Source: Octopus vulgaris (taxonomy: Eukaryota). From it: a DNA stretch of 64,000 nucleotides. This document shows positions 43,346 through 59,045 of this stretch, piece by piece. The stretch is from assembly GCA_951406725.2 (NCBI GenBank), contig OX597825.1, forward strand, positions 20,584,001 through 20,648,000, given 5' to 3'. Made by a program: the position numbers and the translations under genes. The stretch's first letter is position 1. Every line of letters begins with the position of its first letter. Below the pieces are notes generated by a model. The model was not told where the DNA came from and made no database searches. It saw nothing but the letters and a program-made list of their open reading frames with translations.

Positions 43346-43520
43346 ATGGTGTTCGGGTTAAATTTTAAAAATTAAAGTATTTTCAAACATCGGGAAATAT
43401 CATCTAGATTATGGCAAGGAGATAACACTTTGTTCAAAGTAACCAAACTCAGCTTCCACTACGGCCTCAACACCTCTCCTCGGTGTCTCAGAAAAGATCT
43501 TCGAACACCTTCTTAATCCT

Positions 43521-43756
43521 ATTTCTTTATTACCCACAAGGGGCTAAACACAGAGGGGACAAACAAGGACAGACATAGGTATTAAGTCGATTACATCGAC
43601 CCCAGTGCGTAACTGGTACTTTAATTTATCGACCCCAAAAGGATGAAAGGCAAAGTCGACCTCGGCGGAATTTGAACTCAGAACGTAACGGCAGACGAAA
43701 TATCGCAAAGCATTTCGCCCGGCGTGCTAACGTTTCTGCCAGCTCGCCGCCTTCTT
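43521..43756 (-). mobile_element. SINE family B monomer
   Basis: Complete; 17-bp TSD AACACCTTCTTAATCCT at 43504-20 and 43757-73. Confidence 0.92.
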
Positions 43757-44074
43757 AACACCTTCTTAATCCTGGTCACCTGCTCGCATTTGGCGTTGCA
43801 GACAGAGTGGCTGGTTTTCTTTCCCAACAGCTCCCTTCACAGACTAATCCACTGGATTACGATTCGGGGAATTTAGAGGACAGAAAATGGGGACTGGTTA
43901 AGTCGTAGAAATTCTCCGACAACATCTTCTGACTCTTTCCGGAGGTATGGCAAGGAGCGAAATACTGCTGCTATACATGTGGCCTTCCAGCAGCAACAAT
44001 CTGGTCAAACCAGGGTTTCACCAGTCTCCAGCAGCAACACATAGCCGTCTTAATTTAGACAAAGTCTTGTTTGA

Positions 44075-44340
44075 AAAGTGTGCGAATGAATTCTGGTGTG
44101 CGAACGGAGACAGAACACTTGCCGTGTCCCTTCCTGTTGGTCACGGCTTTGTAGTCTCCGTTGCAGCTGTCTATTTCTCGTCTTACAGCTTTTACAATAT
44201 TCACAGACAATTGAGCATAGATACATGTATCGCTAAGGCTAGAAAGGAAGTAATATACTCCTTTGGTCACAGTAGCCAACTGGAAAAGACGTTTAACTTA
44301 CTAAAAAGTAGTAAGTTCGCCCTTCGTAGGACTGCCACTT
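44075..44340 (-). mobile_element. maT/Tc1-like transposase N-terminal relic
   Basis: [37 protein letters not shown] resembles KHSKRFEIIRTHKFI in the element at 1766-2995. Confidence 0.45.
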
Positions 44341-44366
44341 TGTGTTGGCAAATAGACTTTACTACA

Positions 44367-44429
<63 letters not shown>

Positions 44430-44476
44430 ACATATATATACATACATATATATATATATATATGTGTGTGTATGTA

Positions 44477-44523
<47 letters not shown>

Positions 44524-44535
44524 GTATGTATATAT

Positions 44536-44593
<58 letters not shown>

Positions 44594-44641
44594 GCATATA
44601 TATATGTGTGTGTGTATGTATGCATGTATGTATGTATATAT

Positions 44642-44689
<48 letters not shown>

Positions 44690-45886
44690 ATATATACATG
44701 CATATATATATATATATCTGTGTATGTATGTATGTATGTATGTATGTATGTATGTATGTATGTATGTATGTATGTATGCATGCAAATTTACATATATATA
44801 TAAAACTCGTTGTGTGTGTGTGTAAACCCGCATAATTTCTAAAATTCGCAACTGATTTTCTCCAAACTGGGAACACACATAACCTATCTTCCAGGGATGG
44901 TTTTAAACTCTTAAATGTTTTCACATAATGAGTAATGAGCTCTCTTGGATCAGAAAAACCCTTTACAGTGGTACATACGACTACTGTGGACAAAGGAGAT
45001 AACTCTTTACGAAGTGACTTTCAGAAACTGATTGTCTCCCTTACATCTAGCATAATGAACCGATGTAAACTTCAAACTACGTTGTCTAATCGGTTGCAAT
45101 AATAACCTGTTCCTATACCACGATAGATAGCAATTTGTAGGAATAAAAACCGTTTAGAATGCATTATGTTTATAATGAAAAATATGCTAAAATATATTAA
45201 ATCCTGAGCAACTATTCAACTATACCCTAACCTCCAATGTCTTCCTTCTAAGCATATATGAATCCCATGCAAATATTCTTCAGCTATTGATTACAAACCG
45301 AAATATTGCGTTACATTAACGTACTAATTTATGGTGTCTAAGACCCAACCACGTTTGTTAGAGACCTGTCTTTAATCTGACCTTTTGTGCACGGACGCTG
45401 CATGGAGAATTGTTTCCGTTTGAGAGTTGAATTGTCCTCACAATGGTCACACACAGTTTACATGAAGGAGTACGCGGTTGAGCCATGGGTATTGACTCCT
45501 AACCACGTGAGCAACTTAACGTCATATGACCCAACCACGTTTGATAGATAGCGTGTCCTTAATGTGACCTTGCCTACCCCGACGCTGCATGCAGAATTGT
45601 TTACGTTTGGGAGCAGCGTTTTCCTCACAATGGACACACGGTGTTTACACGAAGGAGTGCACGGTAGAGCCACGACTATCGATTCCAAACCGAAATGTCC
45701 CATGACAGTACTGTTTTCAAGCACTTCCTTGCCAATCCCCAACACTTACCACGTCATTTCTTTCATGTAGATTTCTCTCATATGATGCTGTTGAGCGCGC
45801 CCACAGGCGTAATTTATCGCATAGACATAGCAGATGTAGTTCCTATATCTACTGATTGTTCAGTCTGGTAGCAGCATCACCGACAA

Positions 45887-46268
45887 GTGGAGGCGCAATG
45901 GCCCAATGGTTAGGGCAGCGGACTCGCGGTCGGAGGATCGCAGTTTCAATTCCCAGACCGAGCGTTGTGTGTGTTTATTGAGCGAAAACACTTAAAGCTC
46001 CACGACGCTCCGGCAGGGGGTGGTGGCGACCCCTGTTGTATGCTTTGGCTCCAACTTTCTCTCACTCTTTCTTCCTGTTTCTTGTCCCCGATTTCCTACG
46101 CAACCGCTGAGCCTGGATGCGCATTCATCCATCCGTCGATGCTCTCGGTGTCGGGGGTTGACCTGCTTTCTCTTCTGCGGGTTTTACGAATAGCAAAGGA
46201 CCACGTATCGGACTTCACCCATCTTGCGAGCTCGGGGACGAAGACCGTTCGCTCAAAAGCAACAGCAA
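45887..46268 (+). mobile_element. SINE with family-D head and a distinct 3' body
   Basis: GGAGGCGCAATGGCCCAATGGTTAGGGCAGCGGACTCGCGG head; diverges from 61612-61994 after CTTCCTGTTTCT; flanking repeat CACCGACA. Confidence 0.8.
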
Positions 46269-46529
46269 CACCGACATTCGCAAAGAAGAGTATATCCACG
46301 GAGAGCTTTTTGGTGCGTTCAAAAATCACATACACCACCCCAATTGGAATCTTCCAAGCAGACGCATGACATGTCACTTAGGCGAATTAGCGCTTCTTTT
46401 CCTCCATAAATGTTTTGCCGTCAATGCCGCTCTTCTCTGTATCACATGTTTCAAATTAACTGTACCATATATACAAACCATGACGGTCAAACACCGAGCA
46501 ACGCCTGGTATTCAGCTAGTATATATATA

Positions 46530-46578
<49 letters not shown>

Positions 46579-46586
46579 TGTATATA

Positions 46587-46630
<44 letters not shown>

Positions 46631-46643
46631 GTATGTATACTAT

Positions 46644-46680
<37 letters not shown>

Positions 46681-47226
46681 TGTATGTATGTATGCATGCG
46701 TGTATGTATGACTAGACGGACGGGTAGATTTTTGCATGTATGTAAGCGGGTATATATGTGCAGGTGTGTTTTTGTTTGTTTCGTATCTGTGTGTATGTGC
46801 GTACGCGCGCGCATGCGTACGTGCGCGCATGCGTACGTGCGTGTGTACGTGCGTGTGTGTGTGTGAACAACAGTGCGCGCGGACTAGCGTGCGTGTTTGT
46901 GTTTTACCTTTTTTCTTAAAATCTTTAGTCTCAGATCTCTGAGACAATTTGAATTGCAAATAAAAGACGTCTGAAGAACCATAAAAAAAAAAATATGTGA
47001 AAAAAAAGGTTCTGTGGTTGTTTGTTTCTCTCTTTTTATTTTTATTTTCTTCTTCATCTTTTGCGTAACCAATCACTTTTGAAATGTTGAATTGGTCTTG
47101 CAGATGTTTGTAGAAAGACCGTCTGTGAACTATGAATTATAGAGTTTCGTCCTTTTAAGTTCGATTATACTTTGATCCCAGTAGACTGGCATATCTGTGT
47201 GTGCCTGTGTGTATATATATATATAC

Positions 47227-47275
<49 letters not shown>

Positions 47276-47332
47276 TATACAAACCAATATAATGTATATG
47301 TATTCACACACATATATGTATATATAAATACC

Positions 47333-47417
<85 letters not shown>

Positions 47418-47560
47418 GAATATATACCTACATGTATACACACATATATACAGACATATATATTAAATATATATGCAGACATATATACGCACATATATGT
47501 ATATGTGTATATATGTGAATATATATTTATATATATACAAATATACGTACATACATGAAC

Positions 47561-47596
<36 letters not shown>

Positions 47597-47698
47597 ATAT
47601 GTTTCAAGGGGAAAAAAGAAAAGTGCAGCCTATATATATATATATATATATATATGCATGTATATATATATATGTATTTATATATATATACATATATC

Positions 47699-47731
<33 letters not shown>

Positions 47732-48173
47732 ACTCACACATATATTTATACATATTTATTTATACACATATGTGTATGTGTACGTGTGTGTGTGTGTGTG
47801 TGTAGACATCGTACGTTTCTACTTTTTTTCCTTTGAAATTTTGCTTCTATGCCTTTTGGCGAAAATCAATGAGAAATTCTTCGAATTCTTCCTATAAAGA
47901 AGGATATAATTTCTACCAAAGACACAAAGCTCTATCATTGCTATGTAAACCATAAGAATAGTAAAGAGATAAGTGCTAAACTTTAGAAATATCTCGCATG
48001 TTTGCATTGTGTTTTGTATTTTAGAGTGAAAGCATGACTGTATACGTAAGACTGTATGGTCCCCAGATCGGCCCCACCGTACGAAATCTTTGATAAGTTT
48101 CTTCTACTATAGCCTCGAGCCGACCAGTGTTGTGTAAGTTAATCTGGTAAACATAACCTATGTGAAAGAACGT

Positions 48174-48237
<64 letters not shown>

Positions 48238-48570
48238 AAGTCAAGATAGAAAATGCTAAAATAATTATATAAAGAACATTTCAGTACCGGTTTCGGACAT
48301 TTGAGACTTTTTCAACTGTAACAATTAAAAAATTAAATTTAGAAAAATTAAAAGAAAAGTTTTTTAAAAAGAATATTTGTATAATGTTCAAATATAAGGG
48401 GCATTTTCCTTGTTTCTGCTTGTCTCTGTCTCTCTTGTTTACTCTTGTGGGTTCAAGGTCCATGTAAATTCTTGGTAGGGACGAAGAAGAAGAAGGGGGA
48501 GGAGGAGAGGGTGAAGGGGAGGAAGAATTTGGGATTGCTTTGATTGTCGTTGGTCAGGGGTTTCTAGCAG

Positions 48571-48981
<411 letters not shown>

Positions 48982-49009
48982 AACACACACACACACACAC
49001 ATATATATG

Positions 49010-49081
<72 letters not shown>

Positions 49082-49121
49082 TATATGATCTTAAAATAAA
49101 AACCCAAAAGTTTTGTAAATA

Positions 49122-49647
49122 CATGGTGTAGTCAATAAGTATCAGGACTGTTGCCATAGTAATGTGGCTAAAGCACGCAGACAGAAGCTGCTTGACAAAG
49201 ATTGACCTTAAACGCTACTGTGCACATGCACTAAGTTTTGACGTGCCAGCTCACTTCCGCTGTTTATAGCAATGCTTGGAAGGAAGGTGTGTAGCATGTG
49301 ACCGTCGCATTGACCATGATAGATAAAGCTGAGCAGAGAATCTGCATCAAATTTTGCCAAAAGCTTGGCGATACCTGCTCAGAGGCCTATGCAAAATATT
49401 CGAAAAGTTTTCATCGTTCTCGACACAATCAAGAAGATCTTATGCAACTGAAACCTGAATGCCATTTTGGTCAGCTGAAAGCAATTTTGGCATAAACTTG
49501 GCAGACACGCTACACACCTTCCTTCCAAGCACTGTTGTAAACAGGGGGAGTGAGCGTTGAAGGTCACTCTGTGCCAAGCAGCTTTACTCTGCGTAGTTTA
49601 GCTTCGTTACTATGTCAACCGTCCGGATACTTATTGATCATACCATG
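49122..49647 (+). mobile_element. Internally deleted mariner derivative with long inverted arms
   Basis: TA-flanked TIRs CATGGTGTAGTCAATAAGTATC / GATACTTATTGATCATACCATG; N-terminal relic MIDKAEQRICIKFCQKLGDTCSEAYAK. Confidence 0.88.
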
Positions 49648-49901
49648 TACAGCTGCTCGGCGTTTCCTGGTCGAAAGAATAATTTATCAAGCTGGAAAAT
49701 GACAACTGAGAAACGGTCTTGTTTCCAGCTTGATAAATGGTGAACTAAATTATTATTTCGACCAGGAAACTGGGTAGCTGTACGTACAAGATTTGTGACG
49801 TCCTTCCTTTTATTTTAATATTACCTTTACTCTCTTAGCAAATCGAGTGCTTTTCTTCTTGTTGAAGCATCACCACATAATTACGTATGTGTGTGCGTGT
49901 T

Positions 49902-49951
<50 letters not shown>

Positions 49952-49962
49952 TCTTTAAATCT

Positions 49963-50563
49963 TATCTCTTTATTGCCCACAAGGGGCTAAACATGGAGAA
50001 GACAAACAAGGACAGACAAACGGATTAAGTCGATTATATCGACCCGAGTGCGTAACTGGTACTTATTTAATCTACCCCGAAAGGATGAAAAGCAAAGTCG
50101 ACCTCGGCGGAATTTGAACTCAGAACGTAGCGACAGACGAAATACCTATTTCTTTACTACCCAAAAGGAGCTAAACACAGAGGGGACAAACAAGGACAGA
50201 CAAACGGATTAAGTGGATTATATCGTCCCCAGTGCATAACTGGTACTTATTAAATCGACCCCGAAAGGATGAAAAGCAAAGTCGACCTCGGCGGAATTTG
50301 AACTCAGAACGTAGCGACAGACGAAATACCTATTTCTTTACTACCCAAAAGGAGCTAAACACAGAGGAGACAAACAAGGACAGACAAACGGATTAAGTGG
50401 ATTATATCGTCCCCAGTGCATAACTGGTACTTAATTTATCGACTCCGAAAGGATGAAAGGCAAAGTCGACCTCGGCGGAATTTGAACTCAGAACGTAGCG
50501 GCAGGCGAAATACCGCTAGGCATTTCGCCCGGCGTGCTAACGTTTCTGCCAGCTCACCGCCTT
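49963..50563 (-). mobile_element. SINE family B array: one head plus three bodies (184-bp period)
   Basis: Junction AATACCTATTTC at 50141 and 50325; ATTCTTTAAA on both flanks. Confidence 0.9.
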
Positions 50564-51745
50564 TTATTCTTTAAAACGTTTTCATTTTCTAAGTTGCGGT
50601 CATGCTGGGGCACCACCGTTGACTGTGCTACACCATTTTTTTCAAACCCCCTCTGATATGTGGTATTTGGTCAGTGAGATACGAACTGATAATCTTTATG
50701 TTACTAAGTCAACATCCAACCAACTTCGACAGCAGCGTAGATTCGATATAAAAATGTGAATGTGTGTCTGTCTTCGCAAAGAAAGTAAATTTATTAAGTA
50801 GCAAAACAGCAGCCAATTTGCATAAATCTCGGAGATATACAGCAATGCCCGAAAAGAATACGTCTGTCAGGTAAATTCTAAGCATTTTAGATAAATACAA
50901 TGGGCGAGTGTAAATTGATGGTAAACTGGTTTTATCTACAGACATTGTCTTTTGTATTTTGTTTTTCCGTAACAAGTACTCTTTGAATGCTAATTCAATC
51001 ATCGTTTTGATAGATAGAACAGCTGGGGGTCTTTTTCATGTGTCATGTGAATGTCCTTGTATTGGTTGAGTAAAACCAAATCAGATCTATTCAATAAAAC
51101 ATCTTCGAGACAAAATATTTAGAAGATAATAACACATTATAAAGACATTTCTTTAGCGTTTAACACTTCTTGTTTTTTGTTGTGGTGGGAGGGTATTGTT
51201 TTCAGCTGTTTGTTTTTGCTTTTGTTCTCTTGTATTTTTTTTTTTTTCAATTTTTGTTTCTCCACCATGTTTTTTCTCCTCCATTCAAAATAATTATTTG
51301 AAATGTACTTTTGTTTCAGCATGCAACTTGCGGTTATTTAACCCCAGGTTTATTTCATTCGAGAAGATCTCATCAAAGGTGTTACAGTACCAGTTACGCA
51401 CTGGGGTAGGTGTAATCGACTTAATCCGTTTGTCTGTCCTAATTTGTCCCCTCTGTGTTTAGCCCCATGTGGGTAATAAAAAACCTATATTAATAGATCG
51501 ATCTCGTCTTTTATCCATCCATAACGTAACTAGGACCGTGTTACCAAATGTGCCCCTCTTTTTGCTTATACGATAAGGTCAAATTTTGAGAGTTTGGTTG
51601 CTATTTCTTACGTCCAGTAACCCTTGATTCCTCATCAATTTACAAGTTCAAAGGAAATCCAGCCATAGCCACTCCATTTTTTAGAATATTCCTAAGACTA
51701 TTTTCCAATGTATGTTTCCTTCTTTGAAGAACGTTACCCTGGTAG

Positions 51746-51920
51746 TCCGGGTTCAATCCCACTGCGTGGCACCTTGGGCGAGTGTCTTCTACTATAGCCT
51801 CGGGCCGACCAAAGCCTTCTGAGTGGATTTGGCAGACGGAAACTGAAAGAAGCCCGTCGTATATATGTGTATGTGTATATATATATATATATGTGTGTGT
51901 GTGCGTGTGTGTGTGTGTGT

Positions 51921-51954
<34 letters not shown>

Positions 51955-52175
51955 CTGTGTGTCTGTGTTTGTCCCCCTCCACCCAACATCGCTTGACAAC
52001 GGATGCTGGTGTGTTTACGTCCCTGTCACTTAGCGGTTCGGCAAAAGAGACCGATAGAATAAGTACTAGGCTTACAAAGAATAAGTCCTGGTATCGATTT
52101 GGTCGACTAAAGGCGGTGCTCCAGCATGGCCACAGTCAAATGACTGAAACAAGTATAAAAGAGTAAAAGAGTAAA
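51746..52175 (+). mobile_element. SINE family A copy (5' truncated)
   Basis: Starts at the B box; colinear through the tail. Confidence 0.88.
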
Positions 52176-52181
52176 GAGAGA

Positions 52182-54450
<2,269 letters not shown>

Positions 54451-54644
54451 GAGATGCGGGTGCATTCGTTTCTTGTGCGTAAGCATGACTGCAAGGGAAA
54501 GGAAAGAAGTTTGCTTCTTACCACACAGTCATGGCTTCATGTTCAATCCCACTGGGTGGCACCTTAGGCAAGTGTCTTCTACTATAGCCCCGGGCAGACC
54601 AAGGCCTTATGAGCAGATTTGGCTGACGGAAACTGAAAGAGAAT

Positions 54645-55029
54645 AAGGCGGCGAGCTGGTAGAAACGTTAGCACCCCGGGCGAAATACTGGGCGGTATTT
54701 CGTCTGTCGTTACGTTCTGAGTTCAAATTCCGCCAAGATCGACTTTGCCTTTCATCCTTTCGGGGTCGAGAAATTAAGTACCAGTTACGCACTGGGGTCG
54801 GTGTAATCGACTTAATCCCTTTGTCTGTCCTTGTTTGTCCCCCTCTATGTTTAGCCCCTTGTGGGTAGTAAAGAAATAGGTATTTCGTCTGCTGCTACGT
54901 TCTGAGTTCAAATTACGCCGAGGTCGACTTTGCCTTTCATCCTTTCGGGGTTGATTAAATAAGTACAAGTTACGCACTGCGGTCGATATAATGGACTTAA
55001 TCCGTTTGTCTGTCCTTGTTTGTCCTCTC
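54645..55029 (+). mobile_element. SINE family B dimer abutting a family A 5' half (54500-54640)
   Basis: Junction AAGAAATAGGTATTTCGTCT at 54871-54890. Confidence 0.88.
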
Positions 55030-55118
55030 TTATTAAATAAGGATAATCTCGGTTGAACGTCGTTTCTTTCATTCAAGAAATGGGCTCCCGGCCAAATAGC
55101 ACTTTGCAGCGACTTATA

Positions 55119-55273
55119 CCTATTTCTTTAGTACACACAAGGAGCTAAACACACAAGGGACAAACAAGGATTACATCGACCCCAGTGCGTAACTGGTACT
55201 TATTTAATCGACCCCGAAAGGATGGAAGGCAAAGTCGACTTCGGCGGAATTTGAACTCAGAACGTAGCGGCAG
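55119..55273 (-). mobile_element. SINE family B, headless and internally deleted
   Basis: Body and tail motifs present; tail abuts GGTAT on the element strand. Confidence 0.8.
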
Positions 55274-55330
55274 CCTACTACAGTAATGAGCAGCACGCCC
55301 AGTAGAGAGCAACTATACCAACGACCAGTT

Positions 55331-55490
55331 AGGCGCAGGAGTGACTGTGTGGTAAGTAGCTTGCTTACCAACTACATGGTTCTGGGTTCAGTCCCACTGC
55401 GTGGCACCTTGGTGTCTTCTACTATAGCCTCGGGCCGACCAAAGACTTGTGAGTGGATTTGGTAGACGGAAACAGAAAGAAGCCCGTCGT

Positions 55491-55524
<34 letters not shown>

Positions 55525-55755
55525 ATGTGTGTGCGTTTGTGTGTCTGTGTTTGCCCACCCACACACACACACACAACATCGCTTGACAACCGATGCTGGT
55601 GTGTTTGCGTCCCCGTAACATTAGCGGTTCGGCAAAGGAGACCGATAGAATAAGTAACTAAACTTAAAAACAATAAGTCCTGGGGTCGATTTGCTCGACT
55701 AAAGGCGGTGCTCCAGCATGGCCGCAGTGAAATGACTGAAACAAGTAAAAGAGAG
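55331..55755 (+). mobile_element. SINE family A, full length
   Basis: AGGCGCAGGAGTGACTGTGTGG head through GTAAAAGAG tail. Confidence 0.9.
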
Positions 55756-55890
55756 AAAGAGAAGATTCACTCTTAGTTGACATCTCGTCGATTTGGATTT
55801 GTACTTTTTTTTTAATAAATCCCTGAGAAATAACCGTGTGATATTCCGATTTATCATCCTTGTAAACAGAGAACCCTGTGTTTGCGTGCG

Positions 55891-55932
<42 letters not shown>

Positions 55933-56059
55933 TAAGTCAACATTTATATTCATATGTTTAAAAAGTATTTTGGTAATTTTTTTATTATTTTTATTATCAG
56001 CATAATTATTAGCATTATATAAATATTTGCTTTAGAATTTCACATTTTTAAAAAAAATA

Positions 56060-56127
<68 letters not shown>

Positions 56128-56606
56128 CTCTGCCTCAAATTACATCTTTCACACTGTCTTGGAAATTGCTTATTTATTTTCTATATTTTTAGGCGCAGAC
56201 TGGTCAAATGGCGACGAAATTTCTTTCTCAATCAATGGCTTTTTGTAGGGCTCGATCCCACTCCCTTGTGAAGACGAAATAATGAGATATAATAGATGGA
56301 CTCTCAAACGGCACAAACCTTGATATACAGAGTCTGTCTGAGGATTAAATTAATGTTTAGAAACTTACTGTTATGTTGCAATAATTTCTAATATAAGCAA
56401 AGCCTGGACTTGTGGGTGGATGGGTGGGAAGCACTCAGCTAACTGGTGTTTTATTTTATGGACGTCCAGAAGGATGAAATATAATGTTGACCTCAGCCAG
56501 ATTTGAACTCAGAGCATAAAAGTACGTAACTGTATACCGCATGGCATTATATTCATTACATGCATTGGAAATATGTCTTGATATAACCTCACTATTGTAA
56601 ACACAC

Positions 56607-56678
<72 letters not shown>

Positions 56679-56699
56679 ACACATACATACATATAGAGA

Positions 56700-57060
56700 G
56701 AGGCGAGCTGGCAGAATCGTTAGCACGCGGGGCGAAATGCTTAGTGGTATTTCGTCTGCCGTTACGTTCTGAGTTCAAATTCCGCCGAGGTCTTCTTTGC
56801 CTTTCATCCCTTCGGAATCGATAAATTAAGCACCAGTTACGCACTGGGGTCGATATAATCGACTTAATCCATTTGTCTGTCCTTGTTTGTCCTCTCTGTG
56901 TTTAGCCCCTTGTGGGTAGTAAAGAAATAAGTATTTTATCCGTCATTACGTTCTGATTTCGAATTCCACTGAGATCTACTTTGTCCTTTGTTCCTTTCGG
57001 GGTCGATATAATAAGTACCAATTGAGCACTGGCGACGATGTAACCGATTTAACTACTCCT
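56700..57060 (+). mobile_element. SINE family B: young unit followed by an older diverged body
   Basis: Junction AAAGAAATAAGTATTTTATC at 56921-56940; downstream unit has older TGAGCACTGG-type tail. Confidence 0.82.
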
Positions 57061-57278
57061 GGGTAAGATTATGAAATAAAAAAAAATACACCCCTCTGCC
57101 AAGCCATGTCGACCCAGGGTGGCAGGGTACGCTCATCGAACCAGTTTGATCTCAAGCTCAAACTCACGGACTCCACATCAGACAGAGGCCATGAATTTGA
57201 CATCAGACACTCGCATATCTTAGGCCATGAGGAGGCAATGGTACAAAACGTTTGCTCAAATGCCCAAAGTTCTATACC

Positions 57279-57511
57279 TATTTCTTTACTACTCACAAGG
57301 GGCTAAACACAGAGAGGACAAACAAGGACAGACGAACGGATTAAGTCGATTATATCAACTCCAGTGCGTAACTGGTCCTTAATTTATCGACCCCGAAAGG
57401 ATGAAAGGCAAAGTCGACCTCAGCGGAATTTGAACTCAGAACGTAAAGACAGACGAAATACTGCTAAGCATTTCGCCCGGCGTGCTAACGTTTCTGCCAA
57501 CATGCCGCCCT
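57279..57511 (-). mobile_element. SINE family B monomer about 250 nt downstream of the M13 stop codon
   Basis: 15-bp TSD CCAAAGTTCTATACC at 57264-78 and 57512-26. Confidence 0.92.
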
Positions 57512-57757
57512 CCAAAGTTCTATACCGCGGAATCGAACCCTGTACCACGTGATTGGGAAAAAAATTTCTTAGCCGTCCACACTACTAATTGTTTATATAC
57601 AAGTAAATAGTTATGCATACAAGGGATATCACTTGAAGATTTTTAAAAAATTAATGGGGATAGGGACAAAATTCAAGCTTCACACATTCGCGTACAGAAT
57701 AATACGTGTATTCAAGAAATTCAAACAAACATTTACGTTGTCACTAAATTATATTCA

Positions 57758-57857
57758 TCACCATACTCCATATTTTTCGGTGGGGTTCATCCTTGAGTTT
57801 GGTGGACACTTAAATGCTTTGGAGAATTCGTGGCTATTCATCAGAGTTACCGTAACC
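57758..57857 (-). CDS. M13 peptidase terminal coding exon
   Basis: Pyrimidine tract + CAG acceptor. Reads (R)VTVTLMNSHEFSKAFKCPPNSRMNPTEKYGVW then TGA TGA; colinear with neprilysin [32 protein letters not shown]. Confidence 0.95.
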
Positions 57858-58233
57858 CTGTGTGAAAAGAAGAAACGAAGAATGTTAAGAAGAAAAAAAT
57901 GTGTACGTACGGGGGGGGGGTCTTTTACGTTTCAACGGCAGTTTTTAACATAATTTCTAGGTAGCTAAAAAATTTTAAACTTCGTATACTGGTAGAATGT
58001 GTTTATAAAACATATTTTTCTCTTGCCTTTATTGAGAAAATTCTATGGTTTATAAGATATTTGTTGTTGTTTTTCTTCAATTTCTGCAGTTTCAACCAAT
58101 CAGTGACGTCTATTGATGTAAAAAAGCATTCTGTGCCGTATGAATATGTCCCTCGTTTAAGAAACAGATTGGGTTTATTTACATTTGTATATACATATTT
58201 TTTCCTTGACTTACGGCCACTTAGACGACTAAC

Positions 58234-58291
<58 letters not shown>

Positions 58292-58296
<5 letters not shown>

Positions 58297-58670
58297 TAAG
58301 GTATGTAGAAAAATACAACATGGACAAGAACGTATAACTCTTAGAAGACGATACAATAAACACGGACAGGACATTCGAAACCCTCAGTCTTCAGTCAAGA
58401 ACCGGATCATCGTAGTAATTTCGGCTGATTAATCTTGAGATTACTAGATCACGGCCAGCCCTCCAAGAAAAACTAAGCAACGAGCATTAGAAAAACTAAG
58501 CTGGAAGCGTAGATTTCCTGGAAGAAGGATCGAATGCATACGAACACCAGGACAGCAAAAGGGACAGATATAAAAAAAAAAAAAAAAAACAATAATGGAA
58601 TACAGAAACATGAAATACAGAAGCATTAACGGTGAAAACAACAAGTGTCTTACGACTGATAACAAACAAA
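58292..58670 (-). mobile_element. Probable Penelope-type terminal-repeat fragment in the last M13 intron
   Basis: Adjacent to (TA)n; minus strand has GGCTG...CAGCC-GAAA and a CTGAAGA motif; T-rich. Confidence 0.45.
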
Positions 58671-58780
58671 CAAATTTTTTCTCTGGCGCATTGGAAATAT
58701 ATATATATATATATACAAATATATATAGTTTACATTTCCTAGAACTGACTGCCGAATGAATGAATGAATGAAAGTCTTAC

Positions 58781-58854
58781 CTAGCTCGAGCAGGAGAATG
58801 TTCATTATTAAGTTGGTTCAGAATACTTCGACGACTTGTTCTCCGACACCAAAT
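58781..58854 (-). CDS. M13 peptidase penultimate exon (WC...HSP...R)
   Basis: TAG acceptor, AG|GTAAGA donor, 74 nt phase 0-2. Reads IWCRRTSRRSILNQLNNEHSPARA(R); the conserved His and Arg are retained. Confidence 0.95.
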
Positions 58855-59045
58855 CTATAACAGACAAAATATAACTTTAACGAATCTTCAGTTTTTTTTT
58901 ATGTGTGCGTGTGCGTGGGTGCGTGTATATACGTGTGTGCGCGCGCCTTTGCGTCCATAAGCACCACACAGCATTGGATGGCCTTCTAAGCTCTTCGTTT
59001 CATGAAACTTAACATAAACACTGTTATGAGTTAGTACATAGGTTC

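Noticed and set aside
50700-50880. Possible plus-strand exon ending CAG|GTAAAT
   Set aside because: No clear acceptor, no recognisable protein similarity, no neighbouring exons.
57530-57757. Polyadenylation signal for the M13 gene
   Set aside because: No canonical AATAAA seen on the minus strand just after the stop; the 3' end cannot be placed from sequence alone.
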